Shown here one piece after another: positions 28,823 to 44,220 of a stretch of DNA of 64,000 nucleotides. How positions within the stretch are numbered: position 1 is the stretch's first letter; each line of letters begins with the position of its first letter. Source of the stretch: Eledone cirrhosa (taxonomy: Eukaryota); the NCBI GenBank assembly GCA_964016885.1, contig OZ024744.1, positions 97,650,001 through 97,714,000 on the forward strand. Reading direction: 5' to 3'. The notes under the pieces were generated by a model. The model was given only the letters and a program-made list of their open reading frames with translations, was not told the DNA's origin and searched no databases. Made by a program: the position numbers and the translations under genes.

Positions 28823-28924
28823 GTATTAGAGAAATATGTAAATATCCAGCAAATCAATTATTTAATGTAGAGTAATGTGGGATATATATGTCTGAAACTT
28901 TTATTTCAAGACATCAGAGTATAA

Positions 28925-28967
<43 letters not shown>

Positions 28968-29046
28968 CGGTAAACAGAAATAACACAATCGGTACAGTAT
29001 ATGGAAGGGATATATTAGGTTAACGCTTGATATAGCAGGAAGAGGG

Positions 29047-29082
29047 TCTTAACGTTTCGGACGCTAGTCCTTCACCAGAAGA
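29047..29082 (-). ncRNA. Minimal hammerhead ribozyme motif with one core substitution
   Basis: UCUU-CUGGUGA-A-GGAC(UAGC)GUCC-GAAA-CG-UU-AAGA: stem I UCUU/AAGA, 4-bp stem II, palindromic ACGU stem III. Core is CUGGUGA instead of CUGAUGA. Confidence 0.6.
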
Positions 29083-29632
29083 AAAAATGAGAAATAAGAT
29101 AGATTGAGGGTACGGGTGGGTTAGTCACGAATGACCATGGGATTTGAATCTAGAAAGTTACCCTCCGAGGCGCAAGTCCTGGAAAGGTTGTCCAAGGGAA
29201 ACAATACAGCTTGGTACCAGTGACGTCTGCAACTCATTTATACAGCTAAGTGAAATGGAGCAACGTGAAATATAGAATCTTGCCCAAGAACCAGTCCCGG
29301 AATCGAACTCCCAACCTCACGATTGTAAGCTCTAAACAATAAGCCAAGCGCCTTTATATATATAAGTATGTAGGGCGATGGATTGGCAGTATCGATAGAG
29401 CGTCGGACACCATGCTTTGCAGCATAGAGTTACGCCCCTTTATGATCTGAGTTCAAATCCGAGGTTAAATTTGCCTTTCATCTTTACGGGGCCGATAAAA
29501 TTAAGCACCAGTAATGCAGTGGGGTCGATTTAATCGACTTTCCTTTTCCCCAAAATTGTTGGCGTTGTGCCTATAGTAGAAACCATATATATATATATAT
29601 ATATGTGTGCGTGTGTGTGAATGTGTATGTGT

Positions 29633-29701
<69 letters not shown>

Positions 29702-30217
29702 CATGTATAAATAATAAATATAGCGTCCTGTTTTTTTAATTGGCACCCTAAAGTATTTTCTTTCCCAACTTGTAACACATACACCAGAACATGTAATGTC
29801 TTTTTGTTTTGTTTTGTTGGGGCTGGTGGTTTTTTTGGGGGAGGGCTTTTTTTATTTTTTTAAGTATTTTTCATATTTTTTATTGAAACTCTTTGTTTCG
29901 TTTAATTTTTTTTTTTTTTTTTTTTTTTTTGCGGGGGGCGTCTTTCGTTTTCTATTCATTTATTTAATGTTATAACATATTTAAAATAAAGAAAATTCTC
30001 TTGTAAGACATACCACATGTGATGGCGTACAAAACTTCGGGGAATATATTAGCTACTCTGAAAATATTACTTTTAAGTTTCGAGGATTTGCCTGCCACCG
30101 GATTTTACATGTTAACTAGCTGTGGACGTAAATCTTCTACCAGCTAAGCAAACATGGCGAATATCATTGAAATTAGAAGAAGAAGAAGAAGAAGAAGAAG
30201 AAGAAGAAGAAGAAGAC

Positions 30218-30283
<66 letters not shown>

Positions 30284-30935
30284 GAAGAAGAAGAAGAAAC
30301 AAACTTTATCCAAGCTACTAAACAAATATTAGAAGTCACTACGAAAAATATTTGGAGTTTAACGCCAGCTGAGATGTTCTCAAAGACTTTCAAGTGAAGG
30401 CGAGATCAGAACTGGAGAATTAACACTACGTTACGCACCCTGTATATATATTCCTTTTCGATAGACTTTGGTCAAATCGGACTGAGGAAACAATGTTTCC
30501 GTTGGTCTTTCCAATTGCTAATACTATCTATCGGTCGCAACTTCAGGTAGAAGGAGCAACGTGAAATAAAGTGTCTTGCTCAAGGACATAACACATCGCC
30601 CGGTCCAGGAAGGAATCGAACCGAAAACCTCACGATCGCAAATCCAGTTCTCTAACCAATCAGCCACACGCCTTCATATATATATATATATATATATACT
30701 TCATATATATATACTTATGGTAAATATAGATGCAATTATATTCAAGCACTCAACGTACTTTTTCCATATAGGAGTGATGGAATATATCTCGGGAACGTAA
30801 CCTTATTATGTAAGAAGCTGTCTGATGATGTCATGGCACTGGTTACACGGAATTGTGTTGCCACTGTCGTCATTGAAATATGTATCACAGCATTACCAAT
30901 AAAGAACTTTTACATCTGAAACTACTTCGCATTTT

Positions 30936-31026
<91 letters not shown>

Positions 31027-31102
31027 CGAAGGAAATGTGGTAAGGAACCAGGTGGACCATAACGCACCAAAGTACTCAATACTTAGGGTAGTAGAGTGGG
31101 TA

Positions 31103-31199
31103 ATAGGAACAAGTAAGACCCCGACGGCTGAGCTCAAGCCGTTTCGACGGAATTAGCCGTCGAAACGGCTTGAGCTCAGCCGTCGGGGTCTTACTTGTT

Positions 31200-31204
<5 letters not shown>
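31103..31204. repeat. Perfect hairpin (48-bp arms, 6-nt loop) between (TA)n tracts
   Basis: ataggaac...tttcgacgg aattag ccgtcgaaa...gttcctat. Confidence 0.95.
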
Positions 31205-31855
<651 letters not shown>

Positions 31856-32140
31856 CGACCGTCCATGTACAGAAAAAGAAATATATTTAAATAATAGAAT
31901 GTTTATAGATTGGATATTAGAAAAAGCGCAACATCATTTGAGATTATTTCGAAGCTGAAAAATAAAAAAAAACCTCATTTGAAATTAGTTTAACTCCTAC
32001 AAGGGAAAGGTAACTTTTGGGGAGATTCATGTGAATGTGCAGCACAAACGTGGCATGCATACGGTGTGTCTAAGATATTTTTAAACCTGGCAGAGCCCAA
32101 CCATCTCCAGGTTTGAACAGAGCCGATATTTTCTATAGAA

Positions 32141-33175
32141 GGAGAATCGATCCGAGTACTGGACTGGTACTTTTTATATCGACCCCGAAAGGATGAAAAG
32201 CACAAAGTTGACCACAGTGGGACTTGAACTCAGAGCACGCAAAGAGGTAAGGAGAGGAATACCGTAAGGCCATTTGGAGAATCGACCCCAGTACTGTACT
32301 GGTACTTTTTTTATCGACCCCGAAAAGATGAAAAGCACACAAAGTTGACCACAGTGGGACTTGAACTCAGAGCACGCAAAGAGGTAAGGAGAGGAATACC
32401 GTAAGGCCATTTGGAGAATCGACCCCAGTACTGTACTGGTACTTTTTTTATCGACCCCGAAAGGATGAAAAGCACACAAAGTTGACCACAGTGGGACTTG
32501 AACTCAGAGCACGCAAAGAGGTAAGGAGAGGAATACCGTAAGGCCATTTGGAGAATCGACCCCAGTACTGTACTGGTACTTTTTTTATCGACCCCGAAAG
32601 GATGAAAAGCACACAAAGTTGACCACAGTGGGACTTGAACTCAGAGCACGCAAAGAGGTGAGGAGAGGAATACCGTAAGGCCATTTGGAGAATCGACCCC
32701 AGTACTGTACTGGTACTTTTTTTATCGACCCCGAAAAGATGAAAAGCACACAAAGTTGACCACAGTGGGACTTGAACTCAGAGCACGCAAAGAGGTGAGG
32801 AGAGGAATACCGTAAGGCCATTTGGAGAATCGACCCCAGTACTGTACTGGTACTTTTTTTATCGACCCCGAAAAGATGAAAAGCACACAAAGTTGACCAC
32901 AGTGGGACTTGAACTCAGAGCACGCAAAGAGGTGAGGAGAGGAATACCGTAAGGCCATTTGGAGAATCGACCCCAGTACTGTACTGGTACTTTTTTTATC
33001 GACCACGAAAAGATGAAAAGCACACAAAGTTGACCACAGTGGGACTTGAACTCAGAGCACGCAAAGAGGTGAGGAGAGGAATACCGTAAGGCCATTTGGA
33101 GAATCGACCCCAGTACTGTACTGGTACTTTTTTTATCGACCCCGAAAAGATGAAAAGCACAAAGTTGACCCCGGC
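32141..33175. repeat. 137-bp tandem array, about 7.5 copies, built from a SINE segment
   Basis: Near-identical ORFs offset by 137 bp (32174, 32311, 32448, 32585, 32722). The unit carries the SINE core and B-box on the minus strand. Confidence 0.97.
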
Positions 33176-33609
33176 GGGATTTGAACTCAGAGCATGAAAT
33201 GAGGTGAAAGGAATACGGTAAAGCATTCTATCCGACGTCTTAACGATTCTGCCAATTAGCTGTCTTTTACTACTTTACTACCTAGTTGCAAAACTAAGTG
33301 CACCAATAATTATTGGTTCAGAGAGAAGCTGTTTTCCATAAATATTTTCTTTCTTGGTAGTTTTAAAAGAACTGTACTCAAACGCCGACCAGCTGATAGT
33401 ATATGTTTGTTTTTGTTTTGTTTTCTCTCTTCCTAGACAACTATATCAGGTGTGTTATGTTTGCATTTTGGTGAAAGCTCAGATGGGAATGTTTCTGCTA
33501 ATATTCCTCGTGTTGAAGCATGTGTATGCACTGAATAGCAGAAACATTTTTTTTTTTTCTGGATTTCTTGCAGGACATACTAACATACTATCCTTCATAA
33601 ACAACTACG

Positions 33610-34436
<827 letters not shown>

Positions 34437-34701
34437 AAACATGAGAAGAAAGAAGAATACTGCGTGGTTGCACATGGGTTACATATGATAAAAATAGTCC
34501 TTCGTCAGTGATTTTCCAACCATCATTGGTATTTCATCGCATTAAAAATCATATACCTCAGGTTGGCGCGAGCAATAACTAAAAAACGTTATTGGAACCA
34601 GTAAATCGCGTAAAGCGAGGGGGACAAGATAGATTGAAGGGACGAGCGGGGTGGAATTGGAAAAAATGTTTTTAGAGAAAAATAACAGGTCCATTCATGT
34701 T

Positions 34702-34755
<54 letters not shown>

Positions 34756-35699
34756 ATACAATAACAGAGATAGTTTAAAGCTAAACTCTGACTGGTAACC
34801 ATCTCACTCAACAAACATTAGGTTATATTAAAATATAAACCCAATTTAAGTGTTTGGGGTGCTAACAATATGTATAATGTGGAAAAACCAGTTGTATTAT
34901 TTTATGAGATATAATTAAAGTTAAATATATATATATATATATATGCTTTGCAGCATAGAGTTATGGCCCTATACGTTCTGAGTTCAAACCCCGCCGAGGT
35001 TAGCTTTACCTTTCATCCTTCGGTAAAATAAAGTACCAGTAATGCACTGGTGTAATTGCTGGCCTTGTGCCAAAAGTAGAAACAATTATTACTAAAGCAA
35101 GTGGATATGTATCAAGCCACCGTTATCTAAATATGGTTGAACTTGGGTTATTGAAAAATAAACCTAGCTGATACTTGAAAATAATGCTCTTCGAAATTTT
35201 GTAATAACATACCTTAACAAAAACCTGAAGAGGAAACATGCAGATTACCCCCTCTCCTCCATTCCCCCACCCCACCCACCCCACCCCACCCCAAAACATA
35301 GAAAAAAAAAAGGTACGGCATGAGTGTGTTTCCTATAAACTTGTGGGTTTTTTTGTTAATATTGCCGGGAAGAGTAGCATCACTTGGAATGATGACAGTT
35401 AAGTCATATCTGATTTCAAAGAGCTGGAACTAGCTACTAAAGTATCTTCTGGACAAAAGAGACTACGGTATATTGATTGATAAAACTGTCGATTTTGTCC
35501 TAAATCCATGGAAGTTATTATACTTATGATCATCGACCCCCGTAAGGATGAAAAGGCTAAGTTAACCCCCCGGCGGGATTTGAACTCAGAATGGCAAGGG
35601 CCGTAACTTTATGCGTCAAAGCATGGCGTCCGACCTTCTACCGATACTGCCAATTCACCGCCCTCCAGTACAATATAATGTTACTAATATAATATACAA

Positions 35700-36250
35700 T
35701 CCTATCCCTAGGATAGAATTCTCTGCAGCAAATACAGAAAATATAGTTCGTTCTTCTATATATCTTCTATATTTTCCCTGTCATATTGGTGTCAAGTTTG
35801 CAGATGACTCTCACAAACGAACATGTTTATATTTTGGGATCCTAAAAAAATGTCAACTAAATTTAGTTTTAATTTGGTTGATGTTTTTGATTTTGTTGTT
35901 GTTGCTCTTTCAAGTTCCACCAATATTCTTTTCGTCCATCGATCTTAATATGTTCAGCTTTCTTGGTTGGCATTTTTCTCTTTCTTTATTCTATACCAAA
36001 CTGCTCTGGCTACCATATCATGCTTTGTGGGAAGGATGTGTCTTACAGTGGGTAGTGAATGATGTTGCTAATGTCTTAAGTTTTGGTTTTGCATTGCTTA
36101 CATTTGTTGTCAACTGCTGTTTTCTGCTTTTTACGTACATAGTAGGTAAATGTCTTGCTCTTGAATTGGATGGTGGTAAACTTCAAGGTGAGATCTTATA
36201 AACTTATCAGTACATACTACGCTTTACTCTATACGTAGTCTGTGCTTCTC
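35700..36250 (-). mobile_element. Highly decayed R4/Dong-type LINE fragment
   Basis: Minus-strand pieces in several frames (IQEQDI, DNKCKQCKTK*DISNII, KHDMVARAVW) parallel the 12.9-kb element (IQEQEI, DNKCRLC...DVTNVI, RHDVVAK). Boundaries approximate. Confidence 0.55.
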
Positions 36251-37056
36251 ATTTCTTACACTCATGTACAACCTTCTTAGGGGGCAGGTTTATTTGTGAG
36301 TGTGTATGTGGGGGAGTTTGTTTTTGTTGCGTTAAGTAGAATTTCTCCAATGGCCTTTGGATAGAGATATTAGCGTCGGCTTTTATTTCTTGTCACTGCT
36401 CAAGTTCATTAGCCATCTTAATGATGTTTTTTTTATTTTCGTGACAAACTTAAGTAACATAGTTGTTGACTTTTTTTTTATTTTCTCTGCTGGAGATGTT
36501 GCTTTAATGTGCCAATCCGGGTTTCGTATGATGCTAATAAAGATTTAAGGCAACGGCCGTCCTCATTGCGTGGGAAATATTATCTGCCTACATTCCCATG
36601 CACGTTGAATTTTTCAATAAAACTGAGCAGTTTACGAGTTCTTACATCCATCTCAAAATGAACTCAGAATATATGTTAAAAGAGCCAGAAGAAATAGCGC
36701 AATGACATTTTATCTGATGCTCTACCAATTATGTTAATCGGTGGAATTTGAACCCCAAACTTAAAGGGCAGTGATTAAATACCATCTTCGACACTCTGAC
36801 CATTGTGTTCTTGTAGTGACCAATTCAGAAAAAACAAAACTGTAGGCTATCCGAACAGACGCTGCAAAGATGTTGTGAACAATATGCTTGTTGTACACAC
36901 AGTTGTGATAAACACATTTTCTTTACTTATTGACTCATAGCTGTTTTATACAGACCCAACCGTTTACTTTTCATCAGTCGGCTCTGATGTTATAATATTG
37001 TTGGTGGCAAAATTATCTCGTAAGAACAGATTTAAACATCCAGTATACATCTCATA

Positions 37057-37330
37057 GGGCGGCGAATTTGGCAGAGTCGTTAGAACGTCAGATAGAATGT
37101 TTTATGGTATTCGTTTCAGCTTTCGGCTCTCTGAGTTCAAATACCACCGAGGTCAACTTTGCCTTTCATCCTTTCGAGGTCAATTAAAAAAAAAGTACCA
37201 GAAGTCGATTCTTCCTCTATATCTCTTTCTTTGGAAGAAATCTTCTGTATTCAAGCCAGGAGAAGGATGGGCTCCGCCAGGCTTAAAATGCCCAGGAAAC
37301 GCTGTATGACTCTATCAGGTGTTAAGGGAC
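37057..37330 (+). mobile_element. Second SINE subfamily (same core, longer 3' tail ...gaagaaatc.gctgt...atgggctccgccagg.ttaaaa)
   Basis: tRNA-like head, B-box and shared core. Related copies at 3930-4235 (+), 7190-7815 (-), 16990-17305 (-), 32050-33262 (-) and 41455-41735 (+). Confidence 0.75.
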
Positions 37331-37806
37331 CATTCATACATACATACATACATACATACATACATACATACATACATACATACATACATACATAATACTT
37401 ATACACATACATGCATACATATATACACACATATGCATGCATACACACACATACATACATACATACATACATACACACACACATACATACTTACACACAC
37501 ACAAACATACATACATACTTACACACTAACAAACATACATACATACTTACACATACATACACACACACATACATACATACATACATACACACACACATAC
37601 ACACACACAAACATACATACTTACAGACTAACAAACATACATACTTACTTACACACACATACATACATACACACACACATACATACACACACACATACAT
37701 ACATACATACATATATACATACATACATACATACATACATACATTAATGTATACATTTCATCTATATTTTAGTTTTACAGCTATAACTGTAGCATGTTCT
37801 TAATTC

Positions 37807-38121
37807 CATATGATCTATTTTTTAGTATAAAGTTTCTTGTAATATTGTCACTAGATTGTTTTTCTTACGGGACCATACATACATACGTACGTACGTACGT
37901 ACATACATACATACATTCATACATACATACATACACACACACACACATACATACATACATACACACATACATATATATATACATATTAACATACATACAT
38001 ACATATATATACATATGATCTATTTTTTAGTATAAAGTTTCTTGTAATATTGTCACTAGATTGTTTTTCTTACGGGACCATACATACATACGTACGTACG
38101 TACATACATACATACATTCAT

Positions 38122-38152
<31 letters not shown>

Positions 38153-38328
38153 TACATACATACACACATACATATATATACATACATACTAACATACATA
38201 CATACATATATATACATATGATCTATTTTTTAGTATAAAGTTTCTTGTAATATTGTCACTAGATTGTTTTTCTTACGGGACCATACATACATACGTACGT
38301 ACGTACGTACATACATACATACATTCAT

Positions 38329-38359
<31 letters not shown>

Positions 38360-38700
38360 TACATACATACACACATACATATATATACATACATACTAAC
38401 ATACATACATACATATATATACATATGATCTATTTTTTAGTATAAAGTTTCTTGTAATATTGTCACTAGATTGTTTTTCTTACGGGACCATACATACATA
38501 CATACGTACGTACATACATACATTCATACATACATACAAACATACATACACACACACACATACATACATACATACACACATACATACTAACATACATACA
38601 TATATATACATACATATTAACATACATACATACATATATATACATATGATCTATTTTTTAGTATAAAGTTTCTTGTAATATTGTCACTAAATTGTTTTTC
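37807..38700. repeat. Composite tandem repeat of about 205-220 bp (unique core of about 70 bp plus variable CATA/CA microsatellite), 4-5 copies
   Basis: catatgatctattttttagtataaagtttcttgtaatattgtcacta at about 37807, 38012, 38215, 38422 and 38643. Confidence 0.92.
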
Positions 38701-38932
38701 TTTTTCTAAATCTGCTTTATATGTTTTAAATGTTTTATTTGCATTAAGGTTCGTAATTTCGAGAATCAGAGAAATATATATGTATATACATATCTTTTTT
38801 TTTCGTAGAAATGATATGTTTTTATGTATTTTAAATTGTTTTTATTTTATTTTATATTATTTCCTTTTTAAGTTATGCTCTCTTGATTCCAGATGTTTGC
38901 CTACGCATTGGTTGTGTGTGTATGTATGTGTG

Positions 38933-38988
<56 letters not shown>

Positions 38989-39016
38989 CGTGTTTGTATG
39001 TAAGTATGTATGCATG

Positions 39017-39067
<51 letters not shown>

Positions 39068-39829
39068 ATAATAATAAATTTGAAGACTAAAATCCAAAAG
39101 GGCTCGATAAGGATAAATATATATCAAATATATAAGAACCCTAGAGCAAATATTCATTAAAATAACAGATTAAAGTTTAAGCAAAGGGTGAAAGCAGCAA
39201 TTTTTTGCTTAAACTTTAATCTGTTATTTTAATATATATATATATATACATGTATGTATGCGTGTTTGTATGTATGTATGTGTGTAGAAAACCTGAAGAT
39301 GAATCAGTAGCTGGTCGTCCCAACTTATGTTGGGCCATCAGCTTTTCCTGCTAGTTTTGTCTGAAAAGTTCTGTGCAACCCACGTCCACTATAATCAAAA
39401 TCATGCACGGAAACGTCTTAGACCCTAAATCGATAACAGACAACGTTTCATGCAAAATCCCTGCGGTGATAGGGAGAGCTGTGATGTGTACAAGCTGGAG
39501 CTATGTAGTAGCAAACCTACACGTAGGCGACTTGGGATATTGGGTGGGGTGTTTTGTCTCCAAACATAGGCAGCACCCCAAGTGACCGAGAAACACTTTC
39601 CAGTAATAACTCTGCTCACTTACTAGCCAAGAGGGACCTAGAAAAGTTTGTCTAAAGAAAGCTTGCCTATATCTAAGTTGGCCAGCAGCTTGTGACTGGT
39701 GGTTGTTCACTTATGTGAGAGAAATATTTGTAATGAAAATGAAATGACTAATAAAACAAACAATCGACAGAATACATCTTCAAAGGCATCTTTGAATATG
39801 TGTCCTGAAACATGTGCACGAAATTAGAT

Positions 39830-40268
39830 TTCTTCTTCTTGTGACGCTAAACTCCGCCAGTTGCAGACTGCGCATCAACATGTGATATCTCTCTCCACAA
39901 AGTTCGATCACCAACAGCAGAGTTCAAAGAGCAAAGATCAAGTCCAGTCCATAAGTTGACATTATCAAGCCATCGTTTTGGCTGCCGGCCTCTGCTTCTC
40001 TTACCAGCCAACCTTCCTTCCAGGCATGACCTACTCACACCACGAGTTGATCTTTTTATATGACCGTATAGTTTGAGTACTCTTGACTTGACAATTGATG
40101 TAATTAGTCTAAGTTTGGTAATGTTGAGCAGCACACTGATACAGTTACGGTCACTGAGTCGCTTGCCAGTCATAAGTCTCATTATGTGGTTCTGGAATGT
40201 AGAGAGCCTCTGAAATGACCTTGTCGTCCAATTAACACAGTCAAGACCATATATCACAACTGGTAGAA
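39830..40268 (-). mobile_element. RTE-clade LINE 3' end
   Basis: ORF 39847-40257: IYGLDC..W...RVLKLYGHIKR...LEGRLAGKRSRGRQPKRWLDNV...DRTLWR. Very short 3' UTR with an (AAG)n tail. Confidence 0.85.
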
Positions 40269-40269
40269 T

Positions 40270-40450
40270 TTACCAGGCTCAAATCGTCCCGATCGTTGAA
40301 CTGCCCTTATCTGTAAAGAGTTCCATTAGTATCAAGTGGATATTGTCGCTCTCTCTCTGACACACGGCTACCTGGAGATGGCCAGCTAGAGGAACCAGAT
40401 TCAAGATACACCTTATTCTACAAAGGACGGCCAGAAAATGAGTGCCGGAG
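40270..40450 (+). mobile_element. RTE-clade AP-endonuclease N-terminal fragment
   Basis: NRPDR*TALICKE..YQVDIVALS / DTRLPGDGQLEEPDSRYTLFYKGRPENE matches the RTE/BovB-type IDIAALSETRL..EGQL.E...YTFFW.G motif. Confidence 0.7.
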
Positions 40451-43420
40451 TCGATTTAGCTCTAAGAATGGTGATGGTGATGAGAATGGTGATGGTGATG
40501 GTGATGATCTAGCTGCTACTGACCATAACAATAGCCACAATAATAAATGTAAAACGTTGAGTATAAACAATGAAAATTCATTTTAATGAGATTTCGGAAG
40601 TAAAGGTTATTTGTATTGTTTTTTTTTTAAATCACGCTACAAGATAAGGCGAAATTTGATAAATATTGATTTCCAATTTAGACACAAGGCCAACACACTT
40701 TAGAAAAAGAGCAAAGCATTTAAACCGACCATATCCGGCCAGAAATCTCTCACCTTTTCCTGTTCAAACCGGCTATAACTGGTCACTCATACTGATGTTA
40801 AATTATTGTTCTCAAAATAAATAATATAAAAATCTCATTCAATATTTTGCGAGATAATTATCTAAGATAAAGTGTTTACTGCGAAAATACAATAGTATAT
40901 ATAGAATACTGTAAATGCTAAATGGTTAAATCAACCCCAGTAGTTGACTGGTACTATATTTTATCAACACCGGAAGGATGAAAGTTAACGATGGTTGGCT
41001 TTGAACTCAAAACGTTAAGAGCCTAAGCAAATGCCAGAATGGTATTTTATCTGACGCTTAATAAATTGTTTCAATCTACTGCCCTATAATTAGTCATTGA
41101 AAAGGAAACGAAAGTCTTTGGTAGAGGCGAACTGGTTTTAAGGGTCGATAAAATAAGGTAGTAGTTACGCACTGGGGTCGATTTAATCGACTTTGCCCTC
41201 CCCCCAAAATCACTGGCCTTGTGCCTATATAAGAAACCTTTAATAATAATTGTTTCTACTTTAGGCACAAGGCCAGCAATTACCCAGTGCATTACTGGTA
41301 CTTTATTTTATCGACCCCGTAAGGATGAAAGGCAAAGTCAACCTCGGCGGGATTTGAACTCAAACCGTAAAGGGACGTAACTATGTTGGAAAGCATGGCG
41401 TCCGACCCTCTACCGATACTGACATTCCACCAAAGAAACCTTTAATAATAATGGGAGGCGACGAATTGGCCAAGTCATTAGAACGTCAGATAGAATGCTC
41501 TGTGGCATTTCTTCTGGCTCTCTGCTCTCTTATTTGCCTTTCATCCTTTCGAGGTCGATAAAATAAAGTACCAGTCCAGTACTGGGGGTCAAGTCTTCCT
41601 CTATATCTCTTTTCACTTCAATTCTCTCATTCCCTCTATCCTTCTCTTGAAGAAATCTGCTGTTAACAGACCTGAGAGACGAAATGGGTTTCGCCAGGTT
41701 TAAAAAGACCTAGAAATGCTGTACACCACTACGGCTCCTCTACGTCTCCACCTATGCAGTATTAATACGAGACCAATCGAGTAGATGTTGACAGTGAGCA
41801 TCAATGAGCAACTATCACTTTGGCAAATAAATGTGCGTTTTATTCCTTTTAAACAAATGTCTGAATATATATATATATATATATATATATCTTAACAAAA
41901 GCAAAACATTCTACAAGAATTTGTTAAACTATACAAAAACGAAAAGGTTGCACTCAATGTAAAAATAAACATAGAAATATTTCTCAGAATTAGGTACTCC
42001 ACCCACAATTCTAAATGTAAAATTTGGAAATACATCTAAAATTCATTATCATCATCACCATCATTGTTTAACATCAACTTTCGCTGCTAACATGTGTTGG
42101 GCGGGTCTTCACAGACCAAGTTAGTATTGAAGCAGGTCTACTGACCTCCCAGGCACTCAGGGAACCTGCATCTCGCTTACATACGGTCCCACGCTCTACC
42201 ATGTGCAGTTTATCGGGGCACTAGTACTACTATCTTGGAAATAATTTCCCAAAATATAGAACTAGAAACTGGGATAACTGGAATGTTTATATTGAAAACA
42301 GTAACAATCCTTTTAATAATAGGTGCATTGGGAATGATTTAAAAATCGCAAACAACTTTAGTATGTACACATATATATGGCGTATAGAAAATACCACCAT
42401 CACAGAAGAAATTTCTCTGATAGTAGTATCAATACAATAAAAAAAATACACCAGAGTCAAAACACTGCATGTTTCCAAGGCACACAATACTACGCTCGGT
42501 TAAGCACACTATAAAAATAAAACTATTGATAAATAGGCAAGATACGGAAATTAAGTAATCACGAAAGTCAATAATGCCTCAAGAATTTTGAGCTAAAGAC
42601 GACAGAGACTGATGTTGTCTGATTTAGGTGAACAAGATCAAGGCCTGTTGAATAAAGTATTTCACGAAATCACTTGACTTTTAACTCTACAAAATACTTC
42701 AGTAATACTGGTATAGTCACTGGCTCCGTCTCTCTCCCACTCCCATCTCTCACTATCAGACCTACCAAAACCTAGAAATCCAAACGGGGAGTACCATGAA
42801 AAAAGGTGCCCTCCAAACGGGGAGAAATGAGGCAAAATGGGGAGATTTTTACACAATTGTTTCTACTTTAGGCACAAGGCCAGCAATTACCCAGTGCATT
42901 ACTGGTACTTTATTTTATCGACCCCGTAAGGATGAAAGGCAAAGTCAACCTCGGCGGGATTTGAACTTAGATCGTAAAGAGCCGTAACTCTTTGCTGCAA
43001 AGCATGGCGTCCGACCCTCCACCGATACTGCCAATACACCGCCCTAAATAATTGTTTTTACTTTTGGCACAAGGCCAGCAATTATCCCAGTACATTACTG
43101 GTACTTTATTTTATCGACTCTGCAAGGATGAAAGGCAAAGTTAACCTCGGCGGGATTTGAACTCAGAATGGCAAGGGCCGTAACTCTATGCGTCAAGGCA
43201 TGGCGTCCGACCCTCTACCGATACTGCCAATCCACAGCTGGGGGAGAATTTACATAATGAAAGCTATACCCATTTTCACAAGAGAAAGACATCTCTCACC
43301 GACAACACAGTGGGTGGGGGATCTCCCCCCGTCGGACGGGGAGAGTTGACAGGTCTGCACTATTATAAGAAAACTACAATAGATCAATAAATAGATAATT
43401 AAATAAAATAAAATAGAATA

Positions 43421-43566
43421 ATGAATCTATGCAATCAGAACATAGAAATTGACCATATAATTTCTGGTTGTCCAGTCCTGACAAAAACAGAACATAATCA
43501 GATATATGACAGTGTTGACAGTGTTGACAGTGTTGACAGTGTTGACAGTGTTGACAGTGTTGACAG
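43421..43566 (+). mobile_element. Short R4/Dong CCHC fragment ending in a 9-bp tandem repeat (GACAGTGTT x about 6)
   Basis: NLCNQNIEIDHIISGCPVLTKTEH resembles the C..C...E.IDHIISGCP.LA..EY knuckle. The repeat starts where the RHD motif would be. Confidence 0.6.
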
Positions 43567-43567
43567 T

Positions 43568-44220
43568 TACTCACGGGTCCCAAATAATAGGAAGTTGGCT
43601 GGAATAAACTGGGGTGGAATTAAGAGCGGCGATGTGGTGGATGGAAAAAAATCTGAAATATTAATAAGCGAGGCGGGAGAGGGGGGGGGGGGGCATTATT
43701 CGAGACCCACTCGGGTCCCAAATAATAGGAGGTGGGTTGGAATAAGCGAGGTGGGGGTTTGAAAAATTGGTGATTTTTCTACGTTGTCTCCGTTGATTTA
43801 AAAAAAAAAAAAAATTCGCCGGAGATAGAGAAGCAAAATTTAATTGGGGGGGGGGGGGGGATCTGGAAAATTAATAAACGATGGTGGGTGGGGCATTATT
43901 CGAGCGAGACCTACTCGGGTCCCAAATAATGGTTTCTTAAATAGGCACAAGAGCAGCAATTTGTTTTTTTTTTGGGGGGGGGGGGGAAATTCGATTAAAT
44001 CGACGCCAGTGCGTTACTGGTACTTTATTTTATCGACTCCGTAAGGATGAAAGGCAAAGTTAACCTCGGTGAGATTTGAACTCAGATCATAAAGGGCCGT
44101 AACTCTATGCTGCAAAGCATGGTGTCCGACACTCTACCGATACTGCCAATCTACCGCCTCTCGGGTCCCAAATAATAAAGGCTGGGTTGGGGAGTGATTA
44201 TCCGAGTCACAGGAGGAGTA
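43568..44220. mobile_element. Tandemly repeated TA-flanked MITE (ctcgggtcccaaataat...attattcgagaccc) interrupted by a SINE
   Basis: Motif cgggtcccaaataat at about 43574, 43712, 43916 and 44162, with inverted partners attattcgagaccc. Confidence 0.5.
43931..44159 (-). mobile_element. Full-length tRNA-SINE with a 17-bp target-site duplication
   Basis: Flanked on both sides by ctcgggtcccaaataat. Confidence 0.85.

Noticed and set aside
32133-33226. Series of 101-aa ORFs
   Set aside because: Artefact of the 137-bp SINE-derived tandem unit.
35611-36201. 196-aa hydrophobic ORF resembling a membrane protein
   Set aside because: Starts inside a SINE and is antisense to a decayed LINE fragment.
39425-39710. 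Candidate downstream NIDO exon (SVTW motif)
   Set aside because: No convincing NIDO similarity or compatible phase-2 acceptor.
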